A DNA stretch of 63,559 nucleotides, the filler included, from Reticulomyxa filosa (Eukaryota; Protista; Foraminifera): NCBI GenBank assembly GCA_000512085.1. It is 23 parts of 23 records of this genome, joined end to end, with 100 filler letters (N's around TTAATTAATTAA, not from the genome) between each part and the next. Parts side by side here need not be neighbours in the genome. Positions count along the whole stretch, not along the records: positions 36,378 to 38,345 come from ASPP01002824.1; positions 38,446 to 42,511 come from ASPP01023599.1; positions 42,612 to 44,731 come from ASPP01006848.1; positions 44,832 to 47,075 come from ASPP01008535.1; positions 47,176 to 48,175 come from ASPP01034007.1; positions 48,276 to 51,040 come from ASPP01009685.1; positions 51,141 to 52,147 come from ASPP01025733.1; 16 more parts are not named here. One strand, given 5' to 3'. How positions within the stretch are numbered: position 1 is the stretch's first letter; every line of letters starts with the position of its first letter. This document shows positions 38,331-51,224 of the stretch, one piece after another. Both the position numbers and the translations under genes were made by a program. The notes beneath the pieces were generated by a model. The model was given only the letters and a program-made list of their open reading frames with translations, had not been told where the DNA came from and ran no database searches.

Positions 38331-38940
38331 TGGGGGAGGGGGGGGNNNNNNNNNNNNNNNNNNNNNNNNNNNNNNNNNNNNNNNNNNNNTTAATTAATTA
38401 ANNNNNNNNNNNNNNNNNNNNNNNNNNNNNNNNNNNNNNNNNNNNATGAAAATGACTTATTGTCATCAATTTTTTGCAGATCCAATAAATAATTCAACCA
38501 ACACACGATTGTGCCTATCATATGATAGATTGTTATTTGAGATATGTTGAACCAATCCAGTTCAACAAAAAATGATAAATGGAAAGCAATCTTATTTTAT
38601 TTCTTAGAATAAGAGATAAAGTTAGCAAATAAAAAGATTATATCTTTTAAATAAAAATCAAAAATTTTAAAAATTGTTTAAATACAATATCAAGTAGAAA
38701 ATAAAAACTGTTTTGATCAGTTCTTTGAGATGTATCAATGTAATGCATAATTTCAGATTAAAAATTTGAAATTGAAAAAACATAAAAAATGTACATACGT
38801 ACATAAATTCATACTTCTATAATTTGTTAAGACAAGCCAAAATCTAAAAACTGAATATTGAGGGAAAAAATTGTCAACATTTGAATTTACTTTTGATGAA
38901 TAACGAATAAAATAAAGTAGAATAAGGACAATAGTAACGA

Positions 38941-40080
38941 TTATATATCTCGAGAAGCAATTAAATACATATTGCATCTATGTTCTCCTCCGTGGAGTGG
39001 AATTTGCACAAACTTTTTCGCGCACTCCCATTGATCAATGGCATTGTAAAGAAAAGAAGTCCACGCATGGTATTTGTGTTCATAGGAATGGAGTTTTGTT
39101 CTGAGATCTTCACAACGCATAGAGACAAAGGTTTTTCCATAATTAGCATCATTGGCAATGCCGTAAATGCGATAAGGTAAAATATCATTGACTTGCAAGG
39201 TGTGAACAACAAGAGAATAAGGAGAGATATTGTCACTTGGAACGCGGTGTATCCATTGCAGAGAAGATACTCTAAGCAAGGGTCCAATAGTGATGTCTAC
39301 ACCGTTACGTTTTGGCATGCAACATGGAGCCAGTAAAAGTGCAAAAATGTGGTGTTTGCATTGATTGAACAGAGAGACTGCACAGGCGGATAGTCGTCGA
39401 CACAAATGAATGGCATTGATCATATATACACAGTCGTGCACTTGTTGATTGGTAACAATGAAGTGTTCCAATGATGTAATATCGAATATATTCATGCAAA
39501 TTGGAATTAATGGAATTTGATAAAGTTGAGTCACATATTTCAAATGGCCATTTAAAATCACAGATTTAGTACTTTTTTTGGAATTACTTTTTTTTGTCTT
39601 TTCATTGACCATTTCATTCATTTGCAATGGCAAGTCCCAATTACGATCGATCAAATAAATACACTTCAAATGATCATATAATTCCTGATATTTCATACAC
39701 TTGTCTTTTCTTTCCATTGCTGATTTGTCTTCATTTTTATTGCCGTTTTTCATGTATTTGCAAAAGTGCAGAAAAGACACGATTAGTACACTTAATATGC
39801 CTTTGCCACTGCAAAGGTCAATTAAACAGATATTCTTTTTGTCACGTCTATTCTTTATTCGCACAAACATTAGCTCAAATAAACAATGCATTGACGGTAT
39901 TGATTCCTCTATTTCTTCAAACAATGTCCTTTTGTTTATTATTCCCTTCATTTCTGGCTGGCGGCGCCATTCTGTGTTCCATTTTGGTATTATTTCTTCT
40001 AGTATTACTTCCATGTACAATTTGTACTCTGCCATTTCACCAAGTTTTGACGTTTTCAGTTTATTTATTGCAAAATCCAC
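38941..40080 (-). CDS. SAM-dependent methyltransferase (Methyltransf_32 / METTL25-TRMT13-like)
   Basis: ICLIDLCSGKGILS (motif I), NAIHLCRRLS and LLLAPCC motifs in an uninterrupted 379-aa frame. The true start may be the ATG at 40035, or at 40130 across a homopolymer. Confidence 0.75.
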   Translation of the reverse strand: MDFAINKLKTSKLGEMAEYKLYMEVILEEIIPKWNTEWRRQPEMKGIINKRTLFEEIEESIPSMHCLFELMFVRIKNRRDKKNICLIDLCSGKGILSVLIVSFLHFCKYMKNGNKNEDKSAMERKDKCMKYQELYDHLKCIYLIDRNWDLPLQMNEMVNEKTKKSNSKKSTKSVILNGHLKYVTQLYQIPLIPICMNIFDITSLEHFIVTNQQVHDCVYMINAIHLCRRLSACAVSLFNQCKHHIFALLLAPCCMPKRNGVDITIGPLLRVSSLQWIHRVPSDNISPYSLVVHTLQVNDILPYRIYGIANDANYGKTFVSMRCEDLRTKLHSYEHKYHAWTSFLYNAIDQWECAKKFVQIPLHGGEHRCNMYLIASRDI

Positions 40081-40592
40081 TGATCTTTTGTAGTTTACAC
40101 TACTTTTTTTTCTTCTCCTTCTATTGACATCACCAACTCTCTATGTTTAATTTTCAACGATCAGAAAGGTTTTTCTCGAATTCCCTTTTGTTTAGTTCTG
40201 CTCACTAACGTTTCCACTAGTTAACAGTTTTTCCTATTACAACCAAACTTTTTCAGTTTTTTTTTTAGGACAGCCACTTGTGTTTTCCTTCCCACAAAAT
40301 TTTGGGGAATTTCCGTTTTTTTTTTAATTTTGAAATTGAATATATTATATTTGAGTGTACAAAAACGATATGTGTCAATGTTCTGAAAACGCTTGGCAGG
40401 TGTTTGTGATTATTTTTTCCTCAATTTTTTGTTTGTTTGAAATATATTGAACAAGGGGAGTGTTAGTCGAAGAGCTTAGAAGAAAAAAAAAAGGGGACAT
40501 ATATAACGGGGAAAAAAAAGGAATTCTGCATATGCTGTTTTCTGGTAAAAGAGTGCTGCAAGAGTTGTTCAGAATGTGAAGCATTTGATTGG

Positions 40593-41582
40593 TTGCGATT
40601 TGTATGTGTGCTATGGATGTTTGTGGTGCCATTGATAACATTTGTAATGTCACTGTTTATGGAGGTGAGTCTGTTGTGGTTTTTTATATCGTTTGGGGCA
40701 GGTGTGCTGTGTTTGGTAGGATTTGGATATTACTTGAGAAGACCAGAGGCACAAATCTATGAATATTTGGATTACTGCGATGTGTGTCAAAATAACTTTC
40801 CAATAATCGATGGATTTGTAAATGTGGAATGTCCCAAGCAACATACCATCTGTTTGGATTGCTATGAAGAAAACGCCAAACCTATCAATGCATTTGTGAA
40901 GCGCATCGAAAATAAGCCTGTTACTCAAACTGATTCTCAGACCAATACATACAATCCCATGGATTTATCGGATATTCACGTTGGAAATACAATGAAACAT
41001 ATGCAAGTCTTTCAGATTGACAAAAGTGAGATGGATATTCTCAATGAATCAAATGATGATAATAATGACAATGATGACGATGATAACGATGATAACGATG
41101 ATAACGATGAGGCTGAAGAAAAACATGGACTATTGATTAGTGCTGTAGAGACACATGCCAATACATCTCGCAGTGGTGATGGTCCCTTGGTTCTGGAAAC
41201 ATTCCCGGAACAAAAATCGGAAGATGCCAATGTAGTACTTGCACCTGAAAAAAAAAAAAACAAAGGTTTGCAAATATTCGAAAAAAATGGAAAGAATGGA
41301 AAATAAGACGTGCCAATAAACTTTTTAATAATCCTTTCAAACGTTTTTCTAAATGGGGGCAACAACAACAACATCCTCTTTCAACTCTCAAAAAAAAAAA
41401 AACGAAACGCTTCCACAAATAACCACATCATTCGCTTGTCCGCATCTTGTTGTCCCATTTGCAATAACGTTATTGCAATACATGCTGTTGATCTTGCTCT
41501 TCCAGAACAGTTGCCACCCTCTGATGATCAGCACAGTGAACAGCTCAGCCAATCTGAAGAGGGTGATCAAGAAACAATATAA
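40593..41582 (+). CDS. Membrane-anchored RING-HC-like protein with a long insertion
   Basis: Two hydrophobic N-terminal segments, then CDVC...CPKQHTICLDC, with the final CPIC pair ~200 aa later. The frame is broken at A-runs 41248-41260 and 41390-41402. Confidence 0.6.
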
Positions 41583-41874
41583 CGTGTAATTTTTTTTTTT
41601 TTTTGGCTTACAATATTTCTTTTTTGACGTATAAAAAAAAAGATATTATTAATGTACCATCTTTTTTTTTTTTTCTTTCAAGAGGGTATATCAGCACGCA
41701 AATATTGCAATAATGAATTCAACAATCCAAAGTCTAAAATTACTTTCATATGATAATCTACTCTTTTTTCCTCCAATGAGATTATCAGGGTCACACGTAC
41801 GCTTTCAAGGCAACGCAAGAAAAGGAAACAGCTTGTAAAATTTTTTTAAAAAGGAATAATATACTTTTTTGACA

Positions 41875-42470
41875 ATGCAAAGATTGTGTATATTATTTCT
41901 CCAAGCAACCTTGTTGCTGTGTATAGGTCGTTGTTCTGGTAAGTTATGACCAATTTCTTTGTGTGTACACGAACGTTTTTTTTTTTTTTTAAACAAACGT
42001 AACGGATTGAAATTGAAATTGTGGATGAAAGCTGTGCAGAGAGCGTCGAACTCTCGTTAAAGCCCTCTCTGTTTCTATGATCCAAAAGACAAGAAAATGA
42101 ATCAAAGAAGAAATCTGGAATAGGTTATATTGCATTCGCAAACTCGGATAGCAGTAAGGTTAACTGGGCGTTTGCAAACTCATATTGCAAAACTACGTAC
42201 GGCACACAGTTAGCAGTGATTTCAAGTTCATCCGATCAGTCTTTGATGACTAGCATTTTAAATGTTTTGTAACATTATCTAAAAACAATTGTGTACCTAT
42301 TTATAGTTTCTTTTTCCATTTTGTTAAATTGAATAGACTGTAGCGACTAGCTATACGACGTATTTATCAGGATGGATTGGCTTGACTGACATTGCCGTTA
42401 AATATAAGTTTACGTGGGTGAATGGAAAGACAGTCTCATACTACAACTATAGCAATTGGAATACTGGAGA

Positions 42471-42471
<1 letters not shown>
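41875..42471 (+). CDS. Secreted C-type lectin domain protein, 5' part (mostly missed by the ORF track)
   Basis: Exons 41875-41938 (signal peptide MQRLCILFLQATLLLCIGRCS), 42124-42263 (NWAFANSYCKTTYGTQLAVISS) and 42337-42471 (GWIGLTD...FTWVNG...YSNWNTGE) splice in frame through GT-AG introns. Confidence 0.85.
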
Positions 42472-42511
<40 letters not shown>

Positions 42512-42611
42512 NNNNNNNNNNNNNNNNNNNNNNNNNNNNNNNNNNNNNNNNNNNNTTAATTAATTAANNNNNNNNNNNNNNNNNNNNNNNNNNNNNNNNN
42601 NNNNNNNNNNN

Positions 42612-44640
42612 CTCAAAGAATACAACATATGCTAATCGAACATTGGAAAGTGGTGGCTGCGATGCAGCAAGCAAGGGCGAAGTCAAATAATGAAGAAAAA
42701 AATGCGAATTGTACCATCACTCAATTATTGGAGCGCCCATGCAAATGTTATCGAATGAATGAGTGGTGATTGATGCAAAAAACTTCTAAGAACTGTCATT
42801 ATCCAATGTCAATGTATGTCCTTCATCATAAGGGCGATGAGAGTGGACGAGCTTCGTATTTTGAAAATATCCATCATATGATGGCATCAGAATAGTTGAA
42901 AAAAGATGTCCTTAATTGAACTGGGACATTTTTTTTATTGGTAAGATTGCTTTCGTAGTCGGTGTAGCATCAAGATCCAGAAAGAAAGACTTCAAAATAC
43001 CATGTAGAAAAAAAAACGATACAGACACACGCAGCGACTGGATTGATCGAAAAAATGGAAGACAAAGAAAAAGGGATACGGACGTTATAGAAAACATCAC
43101 ATATGGCAGTCGAGTAAGCCACTCTCACATGGAACCATTCTCCCGATGTTGCTGTGACCCAATTTGGTGGATTACTCAAGTCAAGACCATTTGCAAATAA
43201 AAAGAGGAGGATGATGTAGAAAAATATTGTTTCAAGGCCATGTCGTCGTTGGAATTGTTTTAAAAAGAAAAAAAAATATCGTCTGTCGATATTACTTTGT
43301 TCATATCCACAAGTAGCGACTTTGCGGGTTCTTAACGTGGACTATTTCACATAGTGCGCTCCTCAAAGAAAACTTCTGGATGGATGTGACAACGCCAAGC
43401 GCAGTACCAACAACGATAATGACGACGACCACGAAATGCAGTCCATGTTCATTTTACTCATTTGTCAATTATTTCAATACATTGGACTGGAGTTTTGTGC
43501 TCCACAATATTTGGATGCTACTGCTGGTGTGAGGAAGAGAGCAAATATTGTTGCGTATTTATTACAAAAAACAACAAGTCCGTGCCAATCGATAACCTGA
43601 TCGACGGTTCAAAAGTCGCTCCAGTTGCCGAATGAAATAAAAGCTTGGATATTTGCAATGTATTGGTGGTGCTAGGCCCTACTAAGTACAATATTTTATG
43701 TCAGAAGTCGAGCCTCTTCTCTCTCCTCTCTCTACACTCTCATTTCAAAGACGCCGTTGATGTGGATACGAACGAATTGTTTGGTTATCAAAAACCGAAT
43801 ACTCAAATTCGAAAAATGGAATGGTCTGCCATTGACAAGACCGCCACCAAAAAAGTGATAGCTCTAGGGAAGAGCCTTTCAGTGATGCTAGCTTCCCCCA
43901 AGCAAGTTCAATTGTTCCAAATAATGGAATACTTGATGGGAAGCATATCATTGAAACCAACGCGCGCATTCCAATACAAGAGTCCATGGTATTTTGTTGG
44001 TAATTTGTGCGCCTGTCTCTTTCCGTGATCTGACACTATAATTCGTTCTTGTGTCCATTGCTTGAAAAAGTTTTTTATTATGTGTACATATTTGGTATAA
44101 AACATCTTTATAACGTATATTTATTATTTATTTATATGTGTGTATTGTGTGTTGTTTGAACTTTTTGAATAGATCTTTAAAGTTTTGCAAATGGAAGTGT
44201 GCAAGTTGTTGCTGTTAATATTACTATTGGTGCTGAAGTGAATCCCCAGAAAAAATGGTAATGGCAATAGCAATTGAGTGCATCGATTATGGATCATGAT
44301 GTTATGCTTTGAATACGTATAATCTGAAAAAAACAAAAGTCCAAATCACTGTAATGTGCTCATGATTGAAGGTGGTGAGCTGCGCAACCTATGTTCAAGT
44401 TATAATATTTTTTTTAATGTGATTGGAAAAAATTGAAAACATGTATGATGGATACACATGTATATAACATAGGTTTCAAAGAATCAACAAATGTCAACCG
44501 AACATTTGAAAATGGTGATTGCGGTGCCAGCAAAAAAGGTGAAGTGAAGTCAAATAATGCCAAGTTTGTGGCATACCCAATTGCAAGTTTTGATACTTGC
44601 ATCAAATATTGTTTTTGTCTCAATTGTTATTTCTTTTGAC
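42612..44640 (+). pseudogene. Unidentified decayed coding sequence with a diverged direct repeat (42613-42692 vs 44475-44558)
   Basis: NRTLESGGCDAASKGEVK versus NRTFENGDCGASKKGEVK. The short ORFs between them are broken by stops. Confidence 0.4.
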
Positions 44641-44831
44641 TTTTTTTAAAATAATAAGATCAATGTCTCTCCAGCTCACCTAATTTTTTTCGCATCAAAT
44701 CATATTCATTGTAAAAAATTTCTGAATTAATNNNNNNNNNNNNNNNNNNNNNNNNNNNNNNNNNNNNNNNNNNNNTTAATTAATTAANNNNNNNNNNNNN
44801 NNNNNNNNNNNNNNNNNNNNNNNNNNNNNNN

Positions 44832-44876
<45 letters not shown>

Positions 44877-44889
44877 AGTAAATGTATAT

Positions 44890-45664
44890 ACATGGCTTAT
44901 ATCCTTGCAGCCACTGCAAATAGGCTCTTTCCAAAACGCCTGTCTCCACGTGTTCCTTTTCCCAAGGGTAACACGACTTGCCTTCGATTTTCTCTCGCAT
45001 AACACATTCATTTAACAAGTGGTCTATGATATCTTGCTTAAACGACAAATAGCTGGACTTGTCTGCAATCTTGTCCATCCACGTCCGCGTCGATTGCTCT
45101 GCGTCCTTCTCGTCATTCAAATAGCAACTGTAGGCTCTAAACATTTGGTTGAGCATGGATGAATAGAATATACAGTAATAACCTATATCACAATTTTTTT
45201 TTTTTGGGTTTTACTTGTGCAAAAAAAAAAAAAAAAAAGTGGTAAGTCGTACAACACAATCAAGCTCTCAATCACATTCGAATCCAAAATGATAAGCACA
45301 CATTGCAAAAAGTGAGAGCGGATACGTAATAGAGTAGTTGTGCACGTAGGCAATGAAAAAAAAATAAAAAAATAAAACGCACTACAATAAGAGCACAATA
45401 CGGTAATTTCTGTTTTGTTTTATTCTTACCACAGCTTTGGTCACCACTTTCTTGCTGAACACCTCGACATTGACTTGTTATGAGTGTATATGAAACCAAG
45501 TCGTCCTTTTCATTTGGCAATTTAATTGATTGGGAATGTGTGGATATTATCTCACTTTTGGAATCTTTCCAAATCTCTAGTACATCTTTCTTTGCTGGAG
45601 TCAACTGGTTGTCTTTCAATAATCCCTCTTCTCCTTTACTTTTTTCGTCAGGATTTGTTGACAT
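44890..45664 (-). CDS. Hypothetical multi-exon protein, 5' part
   Basis: ATG at 45664 and coding-like exons at ~45430-45664 and ~44895-45180. No recognisable domain. Confidence 0.45.
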
Positions 45665-46010
45665 TTTTTTGGTTCAAATAGTTGTCTATGCTTTGTCTTT
45701 GGCCTTTTTCTTTCACTGCTGAAAATTTAAATAGTTGCTTAAAAAGGGACGATGAACCAGAACTGTGAACGGGGAAAGACTCCAACTAAACAAAGCACTA
45801 TACCAGTTCCTTCAAGAATTACCTGCTTTTTTTTGGAAAGACAGGCAAAAATTGCTAAAATAGTTTCAATAAAAGAAATTACTTCAAAATTTTTTTTTGC
45901 TATTAGGAAAAAGAAATGAATTTGTTACGATAAGAAAGGACGAAATAACAAAAATTTGGGGGTTTTAAGAGTTTACTAATTTCTATTATTTAATTTTTAA
46001 TTATTATCAT

Positions 46011-46618
46011 AATGACTCAAGGGGCTCAAGGAACATCTCTCTTCTTACCACTCCAAGATGAAAGATATGTGGTTGAGGTATGTTTCATTGGGCAAGTTAA
46101 AAAAAGTGCTAGAAAATCAACTTTGCGACAAAGCAACAACAAATGTACTAGATCCCGATAGATCGCGTAAAAGAAAGTACAAGCGACATTTGTCACACAT
46201 TGCAGTCCGAGTTTGCTCCACTGCGTTTCTGGCATCGATTGGCAGTTAAAAGAAGAAGAGGAAATGAAATAAATAGATAGATAATACGTACACTATTAAA
46301 GAAGAGGATGACGAATGAGAGAAAAGCAAACACAAACAAACAAACAAACAAACAAACAACAAACAGATAGAACTGCATCGACAATTGGAAGATGAAAAGT
46401 GTCAACAGTTATTGAAACAAGCAATAGAATATAGTGCAACATATTTGCCAGAGGAATTTGATGATCAGAATCTAGTAGAATATATAGACATAATAACTTC
46501 AGCAAGTGCACAATGTATAAATCAAGTGGGATTGAATGTCGATCTCGACTGGAACAATAATAATAATAATAATAAAAATAATAAAAATAAAAATAAAAAT
46601 AAAATAACAATAATAATG

Positions 46619-46672
<54 letters not shown>

Positions 46673-47075
46673 GTAATAATGATAACAATAACAAGCCAGA
46701 TATCAATCAAAGTATAAATTACTTTCAACAATCTCGAGCAATTGCACGTAGATGGGACGAAAACCGCAGATTGAAACACACGACGAAGACAGAGCCGCAT
46801 ATGGCGATGATGTATTTGTTGCACGGCCTGTTGAGCATTTTCAAAAAGGTGTCGAGTGCGAATCTGAGCAGACCAAAGACGTTTCATTTGCAGACCATCG
46901 AGAACGAGGAAATGTACCACCAATGGTTGTCGCACTTGAAGAGCCTCACCGTTGAGATCGAGACTGCCAAGGAGACATTGGAAAAGCAGATTGAAGAGAG
47001 GAACAATGAGACAAGTAACAATGCGGGAAGTGTTAATCATACACATTCCAAAGAGGACAGTGGTGGTGGTGGTGG
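46011..47075 (+). CDS. Hypothetical protein containing an (AAT)n-encoded Asn tract, partial
   Basis: Coding-like segments 46058-46240, 46370-46560 and 46690-47075. The frame slips within the AAT microsatellite. Confidence 0.45.
46555..46690. repeat. (AAT)n microsatellite
   Basis: Directly visible. Confidence 0.9.
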
Positions 47076-48275
47076 NNNNNNNNNNNNNNNNNNNNNNNNN
47101 NNNNNNNNNNNNNNNNNNNTTAATTAATTAANNNNNNNNNNNNNNNNNNNNNNNNNNNNNNNNNNNNNNNNNNNNTTAAAAAAAAACGTTGCTGCAATCA
47201 CAATATCAATTTATTTTGTATATTTCTTTCTGAAAAATATAAGGGACAAACTGCACGTGAGTATGCAATATTAATTACTGTTAACAATGGGTTGCCATTT
47301 ATTGATAAGGATAAAAAAACATGGATAAAAAACAAAAATATGTTAAATTTGTAAAACGTTTCTGTTATTTATTTAATCATCAAACAACACAATTTGATTT
47401 ATAAAGTAAGAAGATAGAATAAATTTTTTTTGTTTAATATTATTGTTAATGCTGTGCTTTGCACAGTATTCTTCCGGATGGCGTTACTAATTTGGATACC
47501 TGCTTGATATTGTGATTTTTTTATTGAACGAAGATTTTTGTTTCATGACACTTTCGAAGTTGGCATTAAAAGAAAATCTAGTTTTGAATTTAGTACTGCT
47601 TTATGTTTTAAACTGACATTGTAAAATAATATAAGAACGTTATAAAAAAAATTTGTATTTTTTTTGGGGCCTCACCTATGCTCTTTTCCATTGTTATCTC
47701 AACTTTGTTATAGCATCTGGTCCAAATTTGTTTGACAAAAATCTTAAAATATGCAAGTATTTTTTGTTAAAAAGAGAAAAATCAATAATAAACAGCTAAA
47801 CAATTCAATATATTCAAAGGACATGACAATTATGTAAGGAATGCAAAATATGGACCAGAAGATAAACGTTTATTTGTGGATTTGATCTGACAAACAAATT
47901 CAAGTGCTCAATGGACGTGTAATACTTTGCACGCTGTTAAATATTCACTAGTTGTAGCAAAAAATAGTAGTAGAATTTCTGGGTGCAAAACAACAAACAA
48001 CACAACTATATGCAAACAATATTAATTTAGCAATAATTAATTCTAATTAAAAATAACAGCAACAACAATTGTATTATCATTAAAAATGCCATAATTGCTT
48101 TAAAAAAAGGAAAAAAAGTAAAAAAAATGAAAAACTTTTCCCTTTTTTTGATCCATGACAAAAATCTAGCAATACNNNNNNNNNNNNNNNNNNNNNNNNN
48201 NNNNNNNNNNNNNNNNNNNTTAATTAATTAANNNNNNNNNNNNNNNNNNNNNNNNNNNNNNNNNNNNNNNNNNNN

Positions 48276-49345
48276 TGTTCGTGTTCGTGTTCGTGTTCAT
48301 GGTGTGAATGGGGAGGAGGAGGCGGTGACCGTGTGTGAATTTGGATTTGGATTTGAATTTGGTCGTCGCTGTCCATATCCATAGGCTGCATGGGCGTGGT
48401 GCTGGGCAGCAATGAGTCGTTCTCTTCGTACACACTCATATCTTCCAATATCAATTCTTGGCTCTCTTGGCCTTTTTTTTCTTTTTTTTTGTCTTTATCT
48501 GTTTTTTGTTTGCTATCTATATCTTTGTTTTTATTTTTATTTTTATCTTTGTCTTTGTCTTTATCTTTATCTTTTTCTTTATCTCGTCCGCTTCGCTCCT
48601 CTGCCCTTGCTACCAAACTGGGCTCGCGACTAATGCTTTCCACCTTTGTTTCAGACTGCGACAACACTGGGGGGAGCTGCTTGCTCGCGCTCACATTGGC
48701 ACTGGCACTGATGTTGGTATTGGTCGTAACAGCCGTGCTCGATGACTTGGTTTGTGTCTCATTGGAAGAATGACGTGTCGTCGACACATAGACTGACTGT
48801 CGATTGGGATTGGAATTGGAATTGGAATTGTTCGATCGTAGTCGTTTGATTTGCAAACGACACGATTGAATCGTTTGTTTCAACACTTCGAAAATTTCTT
48901 CGTCGGTCATTTCTACCTCGTCTTCATCTTCGTCGTGTCCATTCTTATTGCCACTGGGGTCACTTTTATTCTCATTCTTATCTTTATTCTTATCTTTATT
49001 TTTATCTTTATCTTTATCCTTGTCCTTGTCCTTGTCTTTGTCTTTGTCTTTGTCCTTATCCTTGTTCTGATCTGCTGCTGGTTCCTTTTCTTCACTCTTT
49101 TTGGGCTTCTTTTTTTCCTTCTTTTCTCGATGAATTGTTATCAGTGCATCCAATTCGTTCAACTGACTTTGCACTATCGCCTGCAGTCGCTGCAACTGCT
49201 CCAACTCTTTCTTTGTCAGGTTCGGTGCCGCTACCATCAACTCGCGTCGTCGATTGCTCGACCGGTTACTTAGTCGCAATGGTGACTCTTTTTCCGTTCC
49301 TGTTCCTGTTGGTGTTGGAGAGGCATTGCCATCTTCTTCATCCAT
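48276..49345 (-). CDS. Hypothetical low-complexity (KD/KN-repeat, coiled-coil) protein, 5' part
   Basis: Open frame of over 350 codons from the ATG at 49345 to the contig end. Confidence 0.65.
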
Positions 49346-49997
49346 ATAATACAGTTCTTGGTCTTGAGTGGGGTTAATGAAGACATGGTAGAATAAATGA
49401 CGTGTGAATGCTCATTAATGTTTTCCCCTCCCCCCCTCTCGTCTTTCGTTCGCAGCTGCTACTGTCTCCTGTTGACCTCATGTCTATGTTTTGTTACTTT
49501 TCTGTTGGTTTCAAAAGAAGTCTATTGTTTATTCAAAAAAAAAAAAAAAGAGATCATTACACGTGAAAATCTGAAAGGAGTGGAGTCTAAGCTACATTAC
49601 ATACGTATAATATGTATTTGCATATATTTTATCTTCAAATTTTTTGTTGTATGTTAAATTCTTTTAAACAGTAAATATTTCTTGATAATTTTTCAAAAAT
49701 TTGTTATACAAGTTTGGGAGCATCAAACCAATTTTATTTTTTTGTGAAGAAATCATTAAATTTTTTTTGAATATTTTTTTTTTTTATGAGACTTCATTGC
49801 AACACTTTTTCTCACCCATAAAAAAAAATCCGTACATACACACGCACATACCCACACAAAAACAATGTCCCTTTTTTACTGTTTGTTTGAAAGAGTTCCC
49901 TCCCCTTTCTTCTCGAATAATAAAAATATAACATAGCATAGGAACGTTGCAAAAAAGGGGAGGGAGAAGGAGCCTAAAAAAAAAAAAATAAGGACGA

Positions 49998-50985
49998 TTA
50001 AACTTTGGCCTGAATGGCTTGTTGATAAATATGATGAAACTCATGACCAATGTCTTTGCCACGATAGCGTTGCAAGACGAAACGAATATCGCTGACATCC
50101 CCCTTTTGCAAAAACTCGAGAAAGATGAAAAGCTTGCGAAGCTCGTCATCGTCAGGCTGCAGTGTAGGATTCCACTTTTGGATAACGACGGCATTTTCCG
50201 GGAACATCTGAACGTTCCTGGGATCGCTGTCGATGACAAGGACGCGATGCAGCGGGCGGTTCAATCGACTCAAGTCTTTGCAGTGATGTCCATTGAAGTA
50301 ATAGCAATCCTTCCTCCACAAGAAGTGTGCGACCAAGCCTCCAGTTTCGTCGAGCTTGGCCAGGTCGGGACTCTCCATCCAATCCATGTCATCCTCGTCT
50401 CCAAACAGCACAATCTCCCATCCACTCATTGCCGCACGAGTGAGCATCTCTTGATAATGGGGACGCATCACACGCGTGACGCCGTCATTGCGCGACCACG
50501 ACGAATGGCATACCGTGCGCAGGTCCACTACCAACGTGCGACCTGCAAACTGCGCTTTCACTGGGGACAGCAACTGAGCATTGGGAATATGCACCAATCG
50601 CCAGAGCTTGCTCACCAACGACTCACTATTATAGTAGTAATTATTATTAATTATTATTATTATCTTCTTTTTCAAGTTCAATGATCCTTCTCTTCACCCA
50701 CCACCATACTCCCAATACCATGTTCTTCCAATGATCCCATATGATCTTCACCGCGTTCCAATCGTCCGGAATTACGTGCAAACCCCCATGCGACTGCTTT
50801 ATTGACAGATACTCTTCCAACGACTTGTCCGTGCCGCCTTTCCAAATGCCGTACTTCTCCAACATCTGCTCGCCCCAATTGCTCTGGTCCACCTTGTACA
50901 CCGCATAAAATGCCAGTCCCGCCAACGCCACGATTGCCAACCCGCCGATGCTGAACGGGTCAATTTCAAAGTCGTCTTGAGTCTT
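49998..50985 (-). CDS. TIM50: Mitochondrial import inner-membrane translocase subunit Tim50 (NIF/FCP1-like domain), 3' part
   Basis: TM segment (GGLAIVALAGLAFYAVY), then RTLVVDL...HSSWSR...RP...WEIVLF...GHHCKDLSRLNRPLHRVLVID...PENAVVIQKW...DVSDIRFVL. Probable short intron at ~50627-50700. Confidence 0.85.
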
Positions 50986-51224
50986 TATATATGTATGTAA
51001 TAAGCGAAGGGAACACAACTTTTTTTTTTTTTTTTTATTTNNNNNNNNNNNNNNNNNNNNNNNNNNNNNNNNNNNNNNNNNNNNTTAATTAATTAANNNN
51101 NNNNNNNNNNNNNNNNNNNNNNNNNNNNNNNNNNNNNNNNTTTATTTTGTTGTCCCTTTTCCACAATAAAAAAAACAAAAAAAAAGGATTATAACTTTAG
51201 TAAACTGAATCGTGTGTTATGCAT

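Noticed and set aside
7025-41402. Programmed ribosomal frameshifting at poly-A/T runs (G-alpha 7025-7034, RING 41248-41260 and 41390-41402)
   Set aside because: Homopolymer length errors are the simpler explanation, since many contigs also terminate at homopolymers. Raw reads are needed to decide.
47176-48175. 1-kb AT-rich contig as a possible RNA gene or element
   Set aside because: No ORF, tRNA/rRNA signature or repeat structure that I could support.
50019-50684. Long antisense ORFs over real genes (also 56280-57029, 36598-37002, 48851-49273)
   Set aside because: These are shadows of codon bias or low complexity on the opposite coding strand, with no motifs of their own.
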